From assembly GCF_003334785.1 (NCBI RefSeq), contig NZ_QOWV01000002.1: DNA of 64,000 bases, one strand, 5' to 3'. This DNA is from Escherichia coli (GTDB taxonomy: Bacteria; Pseudomonadota; Gammaproteobacteria; Enterobacterales; Enterobacteriaceae). The first letter of the stretch is position 1, and the number at the start of each line of letters is the position of its first letter. The notes below the pieces were generated by a model. That model searched no databases. It saw only the letters and a program-made list of their open reading frames with translations, and was not told where the DNA came from. Positions 22,105 through 32,787 of the stretch are shown piece by piece. A program made the position numbers and the translations under genes.

Positions 22105-23919
22105 CTACTCTCCCTGTTTGCTGGCGGACGGCAGTTTGGCCGCTTTATTGACGTCATACCACCAGGTATCGATACCGAGGCTATAGATGGGGCGCACGGC
22201 CGGCTGGGAGAATTTATCCCACCAGGCGAGACGGTCTTCCGCCATGTACCACATTGGCAGCATGTAATAATTCCACGTTAATACGCGATCCAGTGCTCGC
22301 CCCAACGGCAGTAATTTTTCTTTATTTCCCTGCGCGGCAATAATTTGGTTGATCAGCGAGTCGATAACCGGGCTTTGCACGCCGGGGGCATTATAAGTGG
22401 AATTGATATATTCCGATGACCAGGAAATCTGTAAATCGGAACTGGGCCACGGCATCGCCCGCCATACGCGCGGCATCATGTCATAGTCGCGACTGCGCAT
22501 GCGGTTAGTGATTTGCGAGTTATCCACCTTGCGAATGTCCATGTTGATACCCAGCCGTTGCAGGCTGTGCTGGAACGGCAATACCCACTGACTATTGCTG
22601 CTTGCGGGAAGCAATAATTCAAAGCTGAGTGGCTGACCCGTTGTGGCATTAACGCGTTGCTGACCCTTCAGCACCCAGCCCGCTTCGTTGAGAAGTTTGT
22701 CGGCTTTTAACAGGTTGTCACGATCGTAGCCATCGCCTTTGGATACCGGCGGCTGGTAGATTTGTGTGAAGACTTCTGACGGTAGATCTTTTTTCATTGG
22801 TGCCAGAAGCACCAGCTCCGCGGCGTCGGGGTAATTTCTGGCCGCGTATTCGGTATTCTGAAAATAACTGTTCGTGCGACTCCAGGCATTGTAAAACAAC
22901 GCCTTGTTCATCCATTCAAAGTCAAAGGCGAGAGTGATAGCTTCCCGGACCCGGCGATCGCTGAATACCGGACGTTGGATATTAAACGCCAGCCAACGCG
23001 TATCCTGGGCTGATTCGTTCTTTTGCTCATCTTTGATGATGTATTTTTTATCGAAATTTTTACCGGTATAACGCGTGGCCCAGTTTTTGGCGTCGTTTTC
23101 CATACGCAAATCAAAGGCACCTGCTTTAAACGCTTCAAAGGCGACATTATCATCGAGGTAATAATCGTAGCGAATGGTGTCGAAATTCCAGCGTCCACGG
23201 TTTACCGGTAAGTTTGCTGCCCAGTAATCTTTCACACGGGAATAGACAATATTTTGCCCCATTTTCCAGGACGTAACGCGGTACGGACCACTGGCAAGCG
23301 GAGGCGTGGCGAGCGGGTCGCTAAGTTTGTGATCCTTCCAGTACTTTTCTGGAAATACCGGCAGCGAAAACAGACTCAGCATATCTTCTTTGCCGGGTTT
23401 AGCTAACTCAATGCGCACGGTTAACGGTGCAATGGCTTTGACGGTGGTGCCTTTGTAGACCAGACGAAATTGCGGCACGCCTTCGGTCATAAATTTTTGA
23501 AAAGTAAACTCTACATCGCGGGCAGTAATGGGCGAACCATCATGAAAACGGGCGCGCGGATTAATAGCGACCTCCACCCAGGAATAATCGTCAGCATAGC
23601 GTGCGCTTTCAGCAATCAGCGGGTAATAACTGCCTGGTTCGTCATCGGAAGTCGTAAATAGCGTGTCGTACAGCTGCTCGGTGCGTGCGCCCGGGTTGCC
23701 GCGCAGTGCATAGCGGTTGAAATTATCGAAGGTGCCGAGGGCTGACAACGTTATCTGCCCACCTTTTGGCGCGGCGGGGTTCACATAATCAAAATGGTTG
23801 AAATTAAACGCGTACCGGGGTTCGCCCAGCACGGCAAAGGCATAGCTTTCCTTGATAGCCTGCGCCTGCACACCAAAGGTGAACAGAGCGATAAACAGCA
23901 GCAGTATGCGCACAATCAT
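22105..23919 (-). CDS. yejA: Periplasmic substrate-binding protein YejA (oligopeptide/microcin C uptake)
   Basis: 604 aa from the ATG at 23919 ([28 protein letters not shown]...); track ORF starts 2 codons earlier at a TTG; family 5 SBP. Confidence 0.92.
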
Positions 23920-24000
23920 CTGCAACGGATTTCCTTTTACTCATCATTAGCCGCAATCCGGCATGCTTTCACTATGAATAATAAGGGACGTAAGCACACC

Positions 24001-25557
24001 TTACCACTGCGGCGTATACGGTTTCTTTAGCCAGCGAACAAAATCGTCCAGCGGTAACGGGCGGCTAATCCAGTAGCCTTGCATGAAATTAACGCCGCGT
24101 TCGCTTAGCCATCGCGCCTGTTCCGGCGTTTCGACCCCTTCAGCAACCGTCAGCATATTGAGGCGTTTCGCCAGCGTCAGCACCGCGTCAAGTACGGGGG
24201 AAGTGATCGTTTCCGTACCGATGGCGTTGATAAATCCACGGTCAATTTTCAGATAATCGAGCGTAAAACGCTCAAGATAGATAAGCGCGCTGTGCCCGGT
24301 GCCGAAGTCATCAATAGCAATTTCTACGCCGACCGAGTGCAGCCAGGCGAAGAGTTGTGTGGCTTCTTGCTCTTTCAACATATCGCGCTCGGTAATTTCC
24401 AGCACAATCTGGAAATGGTGTGCGGGCAGGGAAGTGAGCAGTTTCTGGATATCTGCTTTAAAGCTTTCGCTGTGCAGATGGTCCGGCGCAATGTTAATAC
24501 CAAATTTGACGCCTACCGGCAGCACTTTTTCTAATTCTGCGGCATCGCGGGCAATTAACTCAAACAGGTGCTGAGTCAGCGGCACAATCATCTTTTGCGA
24601 TTCGGCAAAGTTAATGAAGGCATCCGGGGGAATTTCTCCCGCGACAGGATGCCGCCAGCGTAGCAGTACTTCCAGGCCCGTTACTCGCAAAGCTTGTGTA
24701 TCCACCACCGGTTGATACGCCACGTAAAATTGTTCGCGCTTGATGGCGGTCATGATTTCTCTGCCGGGGCGCATACGTACGCTCATCAGGTAATAGCAGA
24801 GCAGGCCAACGACAGTTCCACTCATGCCGCCCAGTAAAAATGCGTACCACACATCGTTCCATGTCCAGTCATCTGCATAAAGCCGAACGGTCAGAGGAAT
24901 GCCCGCAATTTTAGTTTCACGGACTGGCATGTCGGTTAATTCGTTAACGTTCATCAAACGTGAAGAAAAGGTAGATAGCGCAGTATTGCCAATAATGAGG
25001 GCGACGCCATCGTAATCTTCCTGCCGTGAACTATAAAAGAGTGAAGGCGTCAGGTTGAGATTCAGAGCGGCAAAGACGCCGCTATTTTTCAGCAAAGGGT
25101 TGCGATACCAGATGACGATTGCGGGTTTGTTCGGCACCATCGGCGTGCCGGGTAAGATCGCCATATCGACGTTTTTATTAATGTCGAGCGCCGGAATCAA
25201 TTCATTGAGTGGAATGTCCATCTCACCGGTCGCAGATGAACAGAATGTTTTTTTATCTTTCACCAGCACAAACGTTCGGACATTCATGCTAAACGCTGCG
25301 CGGGCGGTCAGTTCGGGGTTAGCTTGCTGGCAGGTATCTAAGGTCAGCGGCTGGAGCCGGTCAGTAGTGGATTTCAGGTCGGCAAAATAGGTATCGAGAT
25401 ACTTTTGTACGTCGGTAATCAGTGTGTCGTATTTGACTTCGTGCTTATGCCAGGCCACTAAAAACTGAAGGCAACTCACCAGTATCGCAATCATTACGCC
25501 TGCAACAATGCAGGTAAGCAGGAGCTTACGTCCAAAATTGGGAGCGCGTATGAACAT
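24001..25557 (-). CDS. pdeN: c-di-GMP phosphodiesterase PdeN (Rtn), membrane-anchored EAL-domain protein
   Basis: 518 aa; N-terminal TM plus periplasmic CSS-like region, C-terminal EAL domain (QPVVD...EVLLRW...IAIDDFGTG). Confidence 0.92.
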   Translation of the reverse strand: MFIRAPNFGRKLLLTCIVAGVMIAILVSCLQFLVAWHKHEVKYDTLITDVQKYLDTYFADLKSTTDRLQPLTLDTCQQANPELTARAAFSMNVRTFVLVKDKKTFCSSATGEMDIPLNELIPALDINKNVDMAILPGTPMVPNKPAIVIWYRNPLLKNSGVFAALNLNLTPSLFYSSRQEDYDGVALIIGNTALSTFSSRLMNVNELTDMPVRETKIAGIPLTVRLYADDWTWNDVWYAFLLGGMSGTVVGLLCYYLMSVRMRPGREIMTAIKREQFYVAYQPVVDTQALRVTGLEVLLRWRHPVAGEIPPDAFINFAESQKMIVPLTQHLFELIARDAAELEKVLPVGVKFGINIAPDHLHSESFKADIQKLLTSLPAHHFQIVLEITERDMLKEQEATQLFAWLHSVGVEIAIDDFGTGHSALIYLERFTLDYLKIDRGFINAIGTETITSPVLDAVLTLAKRLNMLTVAEGVETPEQARWLSERGVNFMQGYWISRPLPLDDFVRWLKKPYTPQW

Positions 25558-25659
25558 GATTCCGTTAATTTCCTGAAATTACGACAACATTTAAAAGATA
25601 ACAATGACCGGACTATAGCCTGGATCAAGACGCGGAAACATCATTTTCTCTGATGAATG

Positions 25660-25690
25660 AAAACAAAAAAGCACTGCCTAAGCAGTGCTT
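25660..25690 (-). terminator. Intrinsic terminator downstream of mepS
   Basis: On the minus strand: gcactgc-ttag-gcagtgc followed by ttttttgtttt. Confidence 0.65.
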
Positions 25691-25737
25691 TCAGTTAACT
25701 CGTCAGGATAGCCAAGGGATTGCATCCAAACGGTTTA

Positions 25738-26304
25738 TTAGCTGCGGCTGAGAACCCGGCGTGCTTCGTTGTAACGCTTCTTCCAGTACGGTTCATTCAT
25801 GCTGGAAATAATAACACCACTGCTGGTGGAAGCATGGACAAACTGATTGTTGCCGATATAAATACCGACATGGCGTCCCGTTGAACCGGCACGGAACAGA
25901 ACTAAATCACCCGTACGCAAATTACTGCGGGAAACAGATTTACCCATTTCCTGCTGTTCGTAAGTCGAACGCGGAAGTTCTAAGCCAAATTGCTCACGGA
26001 ATGTACGCTGTACGAAACCAGAACAATCGATACCTTTTTTAGTGCTGCCGCCCAGACGATAACGTACGCCTTTCCAGTCAGCATACTGATCCATAATTCG
26101 CGATTTTACGTCGACATTACGAACCAGGTTTTCAAATTCATCCTGAGAAGCTTGCAGTGATGATGTTTCACTACCCACTGCACGTGTCTCAGGATGCATA
26201 TTCTTTGCGGTGTTATTTGCACTACATGCAGAAAGCAGAACCGCTACTGCAATCGCGGGAATCCCGCGCAAGATATATCTCAAAATCGGTTGAGATTTGA
26301 CCAT
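25738..26304 (-). CDS. mepS: Murein DD-endopeptidase / lipoprotein MepS (Spr), NlpC/P60 family
   Basis: 188 aa, lipobox LLSAC, NlpC/P60 catalytic region [12 protein letters not shown]...HVGIYIG. Confidence 0.95.
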
Positions 26305-26715
26305 GTTGTTTGTTTTCCCTTGAAGTCCTTAACGACAAATATCGTTATAAAAAAATGCCAAGCGACACGAGACTAATTACCTGGGCATGTTGAAACAATT
26401 CCTTAAGGCCAAATCTGTGGACTAACGCACAAAATTATATGCTGTGAGGATAATCTACCGCCGAGGCAAAACGAGTTCGAGATTACCCGATTGGTGCGGT
26501 CTTGGCGAGCGGTTTTACATGATTTTTTATAAGAAAAAGTGATACAGAAAGTTAATAAGCGGGGTTGGTCAATTAAAGTACAATTGAGTGAAACGCATGC
26601 AATCCATTCATTTACTTAGAGAATGATTTTTGCGTTCGATAGATGAAAGCACGGTGCGCATCATCAGGATTATCCTCACTATAAAAATAACCCTGATGAT
26701 GTTAATTACTGTGAG

Positions 26716-27429
26716 TTATTTGTTTTGGAAATGTTTGTTTTTTCCTGGTAGTGATTTGTCAAAAAAGGTGATTAATCGATCACTTAATGGCGTCAGCAAC
26801 ACCCAGGGCAAACCGATCAATATCACGGTCATCGAACCGACAATGATGTCAGTAAACCAGTGTGCGCCAATCATTACTCTGGGAAATGCAAAAACCACAA
26901 AAATAATAAGGGCGATAAGGCCTGCAACTTTGCCGAAATAACGCCACATGAATGCCGAAAAAATAAGCAGCATCATGCCGTGATCGCCGGGAAAGCTATC
27001 TCGTGAGGCATCTTTCGTGGGAACAGAGAGCAGTTCGCTGACGCGGTTAATATCGGTAAAAGTCAATGTTGGGCTGGCCCGTTTTACAGGAATTAATGCC
27101 TGACCCAGCTGGTTTAATACCACTGCAGTTAATAGCATGACCAGACCAATAATCACGATACGTCGTCTGCCAGGGGCGTTTTCTTTCAGCCAGAAACTCA
27201 GCATCAACATACCCATCGCCAGCAGTGAACAACCGTCGAAGGCGCGATTGTTGGTCAATGCAACCAGCCACAAAAAGGCCTTACTTTCGACCAGTTTCTG
27301 ATTAAAGAAATAAAAAATATCCGCATCAATCGGCAACCAGAATCCATGATTAACGGGGATATACCAGGAAAGAAACAGCGCGAGGCCGACAATATTCAAC
27401 AACACTATTTGCGGCAAATTTTTAATCAT
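26716..27429 (-). CDS. lpxT: Lipid A 1-diphosphate synthase LpxT (YeiU), PAP2 family
   Basis: 237 aa from the ATG at 27429 (MIKNLPQIVLLNIVGLALF...); PAP2 motifs (PSGH-like, SRDSFPGDH). Track ORF starts 12 codons earlier. Confidence 0.92.
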   Translation of the reverse strand: MIKNLPQIVLLNIVGLALFLSWYIPVNHGFWLPIDADIFYFFNQKLVESKAFLWLVALTNNRAFDGCSLLAMGMLMLSFWLKENAPGRRRIVIIGLVMLLTAVVLNQLGQALIPVKRASPTLTFTDINRVSELLSVPTKDASRDSFPGDHGMMLLIFSAFMWRYFGKVAGLIALIIFVVFAFPRVMIGAHWFTDIIVGSMTVILIGLPWVLLTPLSDRLITFFDKSLPGKNKHFQNK

Positions 27430-27467
27430 ATTTTCTCTAATTATCTTACTGAAAAACGCAGGCAACC

Positions 27468-28454
27468 TTACGCGGTAGTCGCTAAACGAAGCTTCAACAG
27501 CGCGCTCTGCAAGGCATTCCAGTCAGCTTCGCTGCTGGAAATCAGCTCAATACGGCTGTCCGGTGGCGCAACGTTTTGCGTTTCAATGTGCAGGTCATCG
27601 CCCTGACGGTTGATTCGCACCAGCCCTTCGGGAATACGCAGCACGCCTTTGACGCGTTCCACCGGTGCAAGTCGCGCCCATTCCAGAATGCCAATGGTGT
27701 CGAATACCGTATCAGCGTCGAATATCCAGCCGCAGGCCTGATATCCTTGCCCGCTGTTCAGACTGCGACGCCAGCGTTGATGCTCTGGCAGGCTTAACGC
27801 TGCTAACCCTTTTTTCACGACATGCTGATGAGAATGCGCGGCGCTGGCGGGCAACTCGGCTAAATTGCGACGCGGCAAATCCAGAAGATGACCGTCAACT
27901 TTCCCATGCTCACTGTGAATTAATTGTCGATCGCCACCATTTTGCTGCCACCAACGCTGTAGCGCTTGCTCACTTTCGGGCGTCGTACGGTCGGATTTAT
28001 TGGCGACAATGATGTCTGCGGCAGCCAGCTGGTCACGGAAGTTTTCATTGCTGGCGCTTTTTTCGTCCAGCAGCAAGCGCGGATCGAGAATGCACAAGGT
28101 GGCGCGCAGATCTATCCACGGTTCATAGACTGGTGCGGTTAACAGATCGAGGATCTGTTTCGGATGGCCCAGCCCGGTCGGCTCTATCAACAAGCGGTCT
28201 GGTTTTCCCTGACGCAGTAAGGTATTCAACCCTACCTGCATGGGTAAACCATTAACGCAGCACATGCAGCCGCCGGGGATCTCTTTCAGCAATGCGCCGC
28301 TATCGGCGAGCAAAGCACCATCAATTCCGACTTCCCCAAATTCATTAACCAGTACCGCCCATTTTTCGTTGGGATCTTTATGGGCTAACAGATGAAGAAT
28401 CGACGTGGTTTTCCCGCTGCCGAGAAAACCGGTGATGAGGTTGGTCCTGGTCAC
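27468..28454 (-). CDS. yeiR: COG0523-family zinc-associated GTPase YeiR
   Basis: 328 aa, GTG start; Walker A GFLGSGKTT and CxCC metal motif (GGCMCC). Confidence 0.92.
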   Translation of the reverse strand: MTRTNLITGFLGSGKTTSILHLLAHKDPNEKWAVLVNEFGEVGIDGALLADSGALLKEIPGGCMCCVNGLPMQVGLNTLLRQGKPDRLLIEPTGLGHPKQILDLLTAPVYEPWIDLRATLCILDPRLLLDEKSASNENFRDQLAAADIIVANKSDRTTPESEQALQRWWQQNGGDRQLIHSEHGKVDGHLLDLPRRNLAELPASAAHSHQHVVKKGLAALSLPEHQRWRRSLNSGQGYQACGWIFDADTVFDTIGILEWARLAPVERVKGVLRIPEGLVRINRQGDDLHIETQNVAPPDSRIELISSSEADWNALQSALLKLRLATTA

Positions 28455-28571
28455 AACGGCTCCGCAATACTCTGGTAAGTTAACTGAGCGTTAATCCTGG
28501 CTAAAAAAGGCAGAAAAGAGAAGGGGAGAGCGGACGAAGGTGAGCTTCATCCGCTTTAACCGCAGAAATCG

Positions 28572-30038
28572 TTAAATTTTGAGGGTGTTTAATAGCGCCT
28601 GATGTGCGCCGAATTGTACGATTTGTTGCCAGGCTTGTTCGATGGCCTGCACAAAATGCGGGTTATCTGGCAGATCATCACCGAAAACTTCACGCAGGGA
28701 AAGCAGGGCGGTTACGCGTTGTTCACTGCTGCTGCCCGCAACAAGTTCGCGAATTTTATCGCTAAGCGGATCGCGAACATCAATGGCATTTCCGGCATCA
28801 TCAACGCCGCTGACGTAACGCATCCAGCCTGCAACGCCTAATGCCAGCAACGACCAGTCCGTTTCGCGCCCCTGATGTATGCGAATACCTGCCAGCATGC
28901 GTTGCGGTAATTTCTGGCTGCCATCCATCGCGATTTGCCAGGTCTTATGTTTCAGCGCCGGATTAGCAAAACGTGCAATTAACTTATCCGCATATTGTGT
29001 TAAATCGACATCTTTAATTTGCAGTGTCGGCGCTTGCTCATCCAGCATTAATGTTCTGGCGGCATGGCGAAATGCGCGATCCTGCATGCAATCACTGATA
29101 TGGGCGAATCCTGAGAGGTAACCCAGATAAGCGAGAAAAGAGTGGCTGCCATTAAGCATCCGCAGTTTCATCTCTTCCCATGGCAGGACATCATTCACCA
29201 TTTGTACACCTGCGACTTCCCAGGCAGGACGCCCAGCGACGAAGTTATCTTCCACCACCCACTGGATAAACGGTTCGCAGCTAATCGCGCAGGGATCATT
29301 CACCCCCAGATGCTGGCTGATTTCCACCAGTGATTCGTCGGTTGCAGCCGGAACAATGCGGTCGACCATGGTTCCCGGAAAACTGACGTGCTCTTTTATC
29401 CACCCGGCGAGTTCTGGCGAACGTTTTTCTGCCATTCCCAGCACCGCGTTTTTCACCACATGACCATTGTCGGGAATATTGTCGCAGGAGAGCACGGTAA
29501 ACGGTGTAAGGCCGCGCTCACGGCGGCGTTTCAGTGCTTCGACGAGAATACCCGGTGCGGAGTGAGGTTCTTCAGGGGTTTGTAGATCGTGAATAATCCG
29601 CGGATTACTGGTGTCGAGTGCACCGGTGGCCGGGTCAATACAATAGCCTTTTTCGGTAATCGTCAGGGAAACAATTGCCACCTGTGGCTCGCAAAATTTC
29701 TCAATAATTGCCGCTAAGGAATCCAGTTTTGCATTAAGGCATTCGTGAACGGCACCGACAATTATCACCTGATTGCCGTCCGCACCTTTCTCCAGCACGG
29801 TATATAAATGGTTCTGTGCGCGGAGCTGGCTCATCAGTTGATCACCGCTGAACAAGCTGATTTCACAGATCCCCCAGTCGCCGCCCTGGGCATTCAGCAC
29901 ACGATCGGTCAGTAACGCCTGATGAGCGCGGTGAAAGGCTCCAAAGCCAAAATGAACGATACGTGATTGCAACTGCTGGCGATCATAGCGTGGAGCGTGT
30001 ACATGATGCGGGAGCGTAACGGAGGCGATTGTATTCAT
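28572..30038 (-). CDS. yeiQ: Mannitol-dehydrogenase-family oxidoreductase YeiQ
   Basis: 488 aa from the ATG at 30038 (MNTIASVTLPHH...); Rossmann HFGFGAFHRAHQA. Track ORF begins 3 codons upstream at a GTG. Confidence 0.9.
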   Translation of the reverse strand: MNTIASVTLPHHVHAPRYDRQQLQSRIVHFGFGAFHRAHQALLTDRVLNAQGGDWGICEISLFSGDQLMSQLRAQNHLYTVLEKGADGNQVIIVGAVHECLNAKLDSLAAIIEKFCEPQVAIVSLTITEKGYCIDPATGALDTSNPRIIHDLQTPEEPHSAPGILVEALKRRRERGLTPFTVLSCDNIPDNGHVVKNAVLGMAEKRSPELAGWIKEHVSFPGTMVDRIVPAATDESLVEISQHLGVNDPCAISCEPFIQWVVEDNFVAGRPAWEVAGVQMVNDVLPWEEMKLRMLNGSHSFLAYLGYLSGFAHISDCMQDRAFRHAARTLMLDEQAPTLQIKDVDLTQYADKLIARFANPALKHKTWQIAMDGSQKLPQRMLAGIRIHQGRETDWSLLALGVAGWMRYVSGVDDAGNAIDVRDPLSDKIRELVAGSSSEQRVTALLSLREVFGDDLPDNPHFVQAIEQAWQQIVQFGAHQALLNTLKI

Positions 30039-30214
30039 AGGAGTCACGTCTTAGTAACGATTAATTAACAACGACAGTGTAAAGTTATATGACAGCAATT
30101 GAAATTGGTCTGGATTGTTAATGCGATGAAGTGTGAGGGCGATCAATCAACGAGTGAAAATTGAGGGCGTAAGGTGTTCAGGAAGCGCAAAATAGAAGAT
30201 TGGTATAATAAATT

Positions 30215-30246
30215 AAAAAAGGGACAGCCTGAGCTATCCCTTTTCT
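30215..30246 (-). terminator. Intrinsic terminator downstream of yeiP
   Basis: On the minus strand: gggatagc-tcag-gctgtccc (one G-U pair) followed by tttttt. Confidence 0.6.
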
Positions 30247-30260
30247 GCATGCGGCTGAAG

Positions 30261-30833
30261 TTAGTCAGCACGCCCCATATAACGGCGTTCTTCGATATGG
30301 ATACGAATTTTTTCGCCCGGGCTTAAGTATTCTGGTACCTGAATCACCAGACCAGTGCTCAATGTCGCCGGTTTGTTACGGGCGCTGGCAGATGCCCCTT
30401 TGATGCCTGGTGCGGTTTCAACGATTTCCAGATCAACGGTCTGCGGCAGCTCAAGCGCCAGCAGTTGACCGTCCCAGGTCAGCACCTGCATGTCCGGCAT
30501 GCCGCCCTCTGGCATAAACAGCAACTCTTCTTCAATCTGATCTTTGGTGAAGGTATACGGGGTATAGTCTTCTTTATCCATAAAGACATATTCGTTGCCA
30601 TCGACATAGGAGAAGTCAACGTAACGGCGGGTCAGCGTCACGGTGTCAACGATATCATCACCTTTGAAACGCTCTTCTACTTTCAGCCCGGTACGGACAT
30701 CAGAAAAACGCATTTTGTACAGCGTAGCGGCACCGCGGGCAGTGGGCGACTGAATATCAATATCCTTAACCAGCAGCAGTTTGCCGTTGTAATTCAGTAC
30801 CATACCTTTTTTAATTTCGTTCGCTCTTGGCAT
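30261..30833 (-). CDS. yeiP: Elongation factor P-like protein YeiP (EfpL)
   Basis: 190 aa from the ATG at 30833 ([30 protein letters not shown]...); the track ORF is extended 5' through an alternative start. Confidence 0.93.
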
Positions 30834-30987
30834 CGAAAAATTCCTGTAGTCGAAAATGTCAAAAATATCGCGACAAAGTACTCGCGACGGGCCTTTCGGG
30901 CAAGTGGTATTCGCACTTTTGCTGGTGCAAAAAAGGTGGTACTGTGCGCGCTCATCAATCCGGTGGTTAACCTTAAGAGAACAACGT

Positions 30988-31242
30988 ATGGAATGCCGTC
31001 CGGGTTGCGGGGCGTGTTGCACTGCCCCTTCAATTTCCAGCCCTATTCCCGGTATGCCAGATGGCAAGCCCGCCAATACGCCCTGCATTCAGCTTGATGA
31101 ACAGCAACGCTGTAAAATTTTCACCTCGCCACTGCGACCGAAAGTCTGTGCAGGCTTACAAGCCAGCGCTGAAATGTGCGGTAACTCGCGTCAGCAGGCC
31201 ATGACCTGGCTTATCGATCTGGAAATGCTGACCGCGCCTTAA
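30988..31242 (+). CDS. yeiW: Small cysteine-cluster protein YeiW (UPF0153)
   Basis: 84 aa from the ATG at 30988 ([19 protein letters not shown]...), eight Cys; the track ORF begins 44 codons upstream. Confidence 0.85.
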
Positions 31243-32420
31243 ACATCTTTAATCCGCAGTAAGCAAAACAGAGTGGCGATAATCATCACCATCGCAAACC
31301 AGAACACAGCGTGATAATTCCAGATCTCGGCGACGATGCCCGCCACTGATCCTGCGATGATCCAGCCCACGCGCGAAGTGTTGGTATAGAGCGTGGTGGC
31401 TGAACCCGCCTGACCGGGCATCAGATCCTGAAAATAGAGCATCCCGATGCCGCCCAGAATGCCAATAAAAATAGCATTTAGCAGCTGCAAGCCCAACAGA
31501 ATGACAGGTGAATGCGCCATCAGCATTCCTGCGTAAAAACAGACGCCACCCACGGCAGCAACGCGCATTAAGAAACGCTTACCCAGACGTTTGGCGAAAT
31601 ATCCGGCAATCAACATCGTCGGGATTTCCAGCCCGGCGGCGGTCCCCATCATCACACCGGCCAGTTTCTCGGGAAGATGCAGTTCGTTGATAATAAATAG
31701 CGGCATGTTGATGATGTACAGGCTGTTCGAGCCCCACATCAATGTACAAATGACAAACAGCAGCAGCGTATCGCGACGGTTACGGCGCGGCGCTTCGATC
31801 GTGCCGGTCGCCAGCGGAAGCTCTTTTTGCATCGACGGTAAAAACAGCCACACCATCACACCGCAAACAATAAACGCTACCGCTGCGCTCAGATACATTA
31901 CCGTAAAGCTGAAACCCATCGCTAAGGCATAAGCCAGCGGTGGGCCAATGACCCATGCCAGTGAAACCTGAGCGCGTAAAAAAGAGCTGAACATCACCGC
32001 CTCACGTCCGGTTTTGTCGGCATGTTCACGGGCAAGGGCAAACATTTGCGGGTTAGCGGTCGAGCCAAAGCTGCTAAGAAAGACGCCAACGAATAGCAAA
32101 ACAAAGTAGTTGCGATTCCAGGCAAAAAGGGTGCAGGCCAGCACGCCTAACAGGCAGCAAAAGACAATCAGCGATTTGCGATCGCCGCGCTTATCAGAGC
32201 GCCCGGCGAGAAACTGACTTACCAGAATCCCAATGACAGCGCTGCCGGTAAAGAAGAATCCCACCATCGCCGGACGGGCATGTACTTCATCGGTAAGAAA
32301 AATACTGAGTGTCGGGGTTTGCAGAGCGCCCGCAATACCGGTGAGAAAGGCAACGATTAAAAACGCCGTCGAGGTCAGGTCAAACGATTTCGCGCTGGAG
32401 ACTGCGGGGGAGTTATGCAT
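31239..32420 (-). CDS. setB: Sugar efflux transporter SetB (MFS)
   Basis: 393 aa, 12-TM MFS; [42 protein letters not shown]... Confidence 0.93.
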
Positions 32421-32687
32421 GCTGGTCGATCACTGGAAGAGGAAGACGCGGAGTTTACGCTGCTTGTCAGAAAATAAACAGACAGCGAAATCAAAAGCGC
32501 CACGAATAGTCAAAATGCCATTTCACTGTTGCTGATTGGCTGCTGACGCTGCTGAAATGAAATTGCTGATAACGGATTTTCCCATCAGCAATTAGGAAAA
32601 ATGGCAAAAAATTGTGCAGCACATCAAACTTTTGCTCATAACTTTACGGCTTTCCTTGCGTGCTGAAACAGAAGTATTATGCTTTCT

Positions 32688-32699
32688 TGAAACGTTTCA
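32688..32699. promoter_or_regulatory. Cra (FruR) operator, perfect palindrome, in the fruB promoter
   Basis: TGAAAC|GTTTCA at 32688-32699; an upstream GCTGAAAC half-site lies at 32662-32669. Confidence 0.75.
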
Positions 32700-32752
32700 G
32701 CGCGATCTTGTCTTTAACCCTAAGCCAGGTTGGCGCTTTTTTTCTCATAGAG

Positions 32753-32766
32753 GCTGAATCGTTTCA
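32753..32766. promoter_or_regulatory. Second Cra (FruR) operator upstream of fruB
   Basis: GCTGAATCGTTTCA, about 20 nt upstream of the fruB ATG. Confidence 0.7.
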
Positions 32767-32787
32767 ATTCAGCAAGAGAGGAGAACT

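Noticed and set aside
26630-26941. 103-aa plus-strand ORF spanning the lpxT 3' end and downstream inverted repeat
   Set aside because: It overlaps the lpxT coding sequence antisense and crosses the 10-bp inverted repeat, and has a TTG/GTG-type start with no RBS. Judged spurious.
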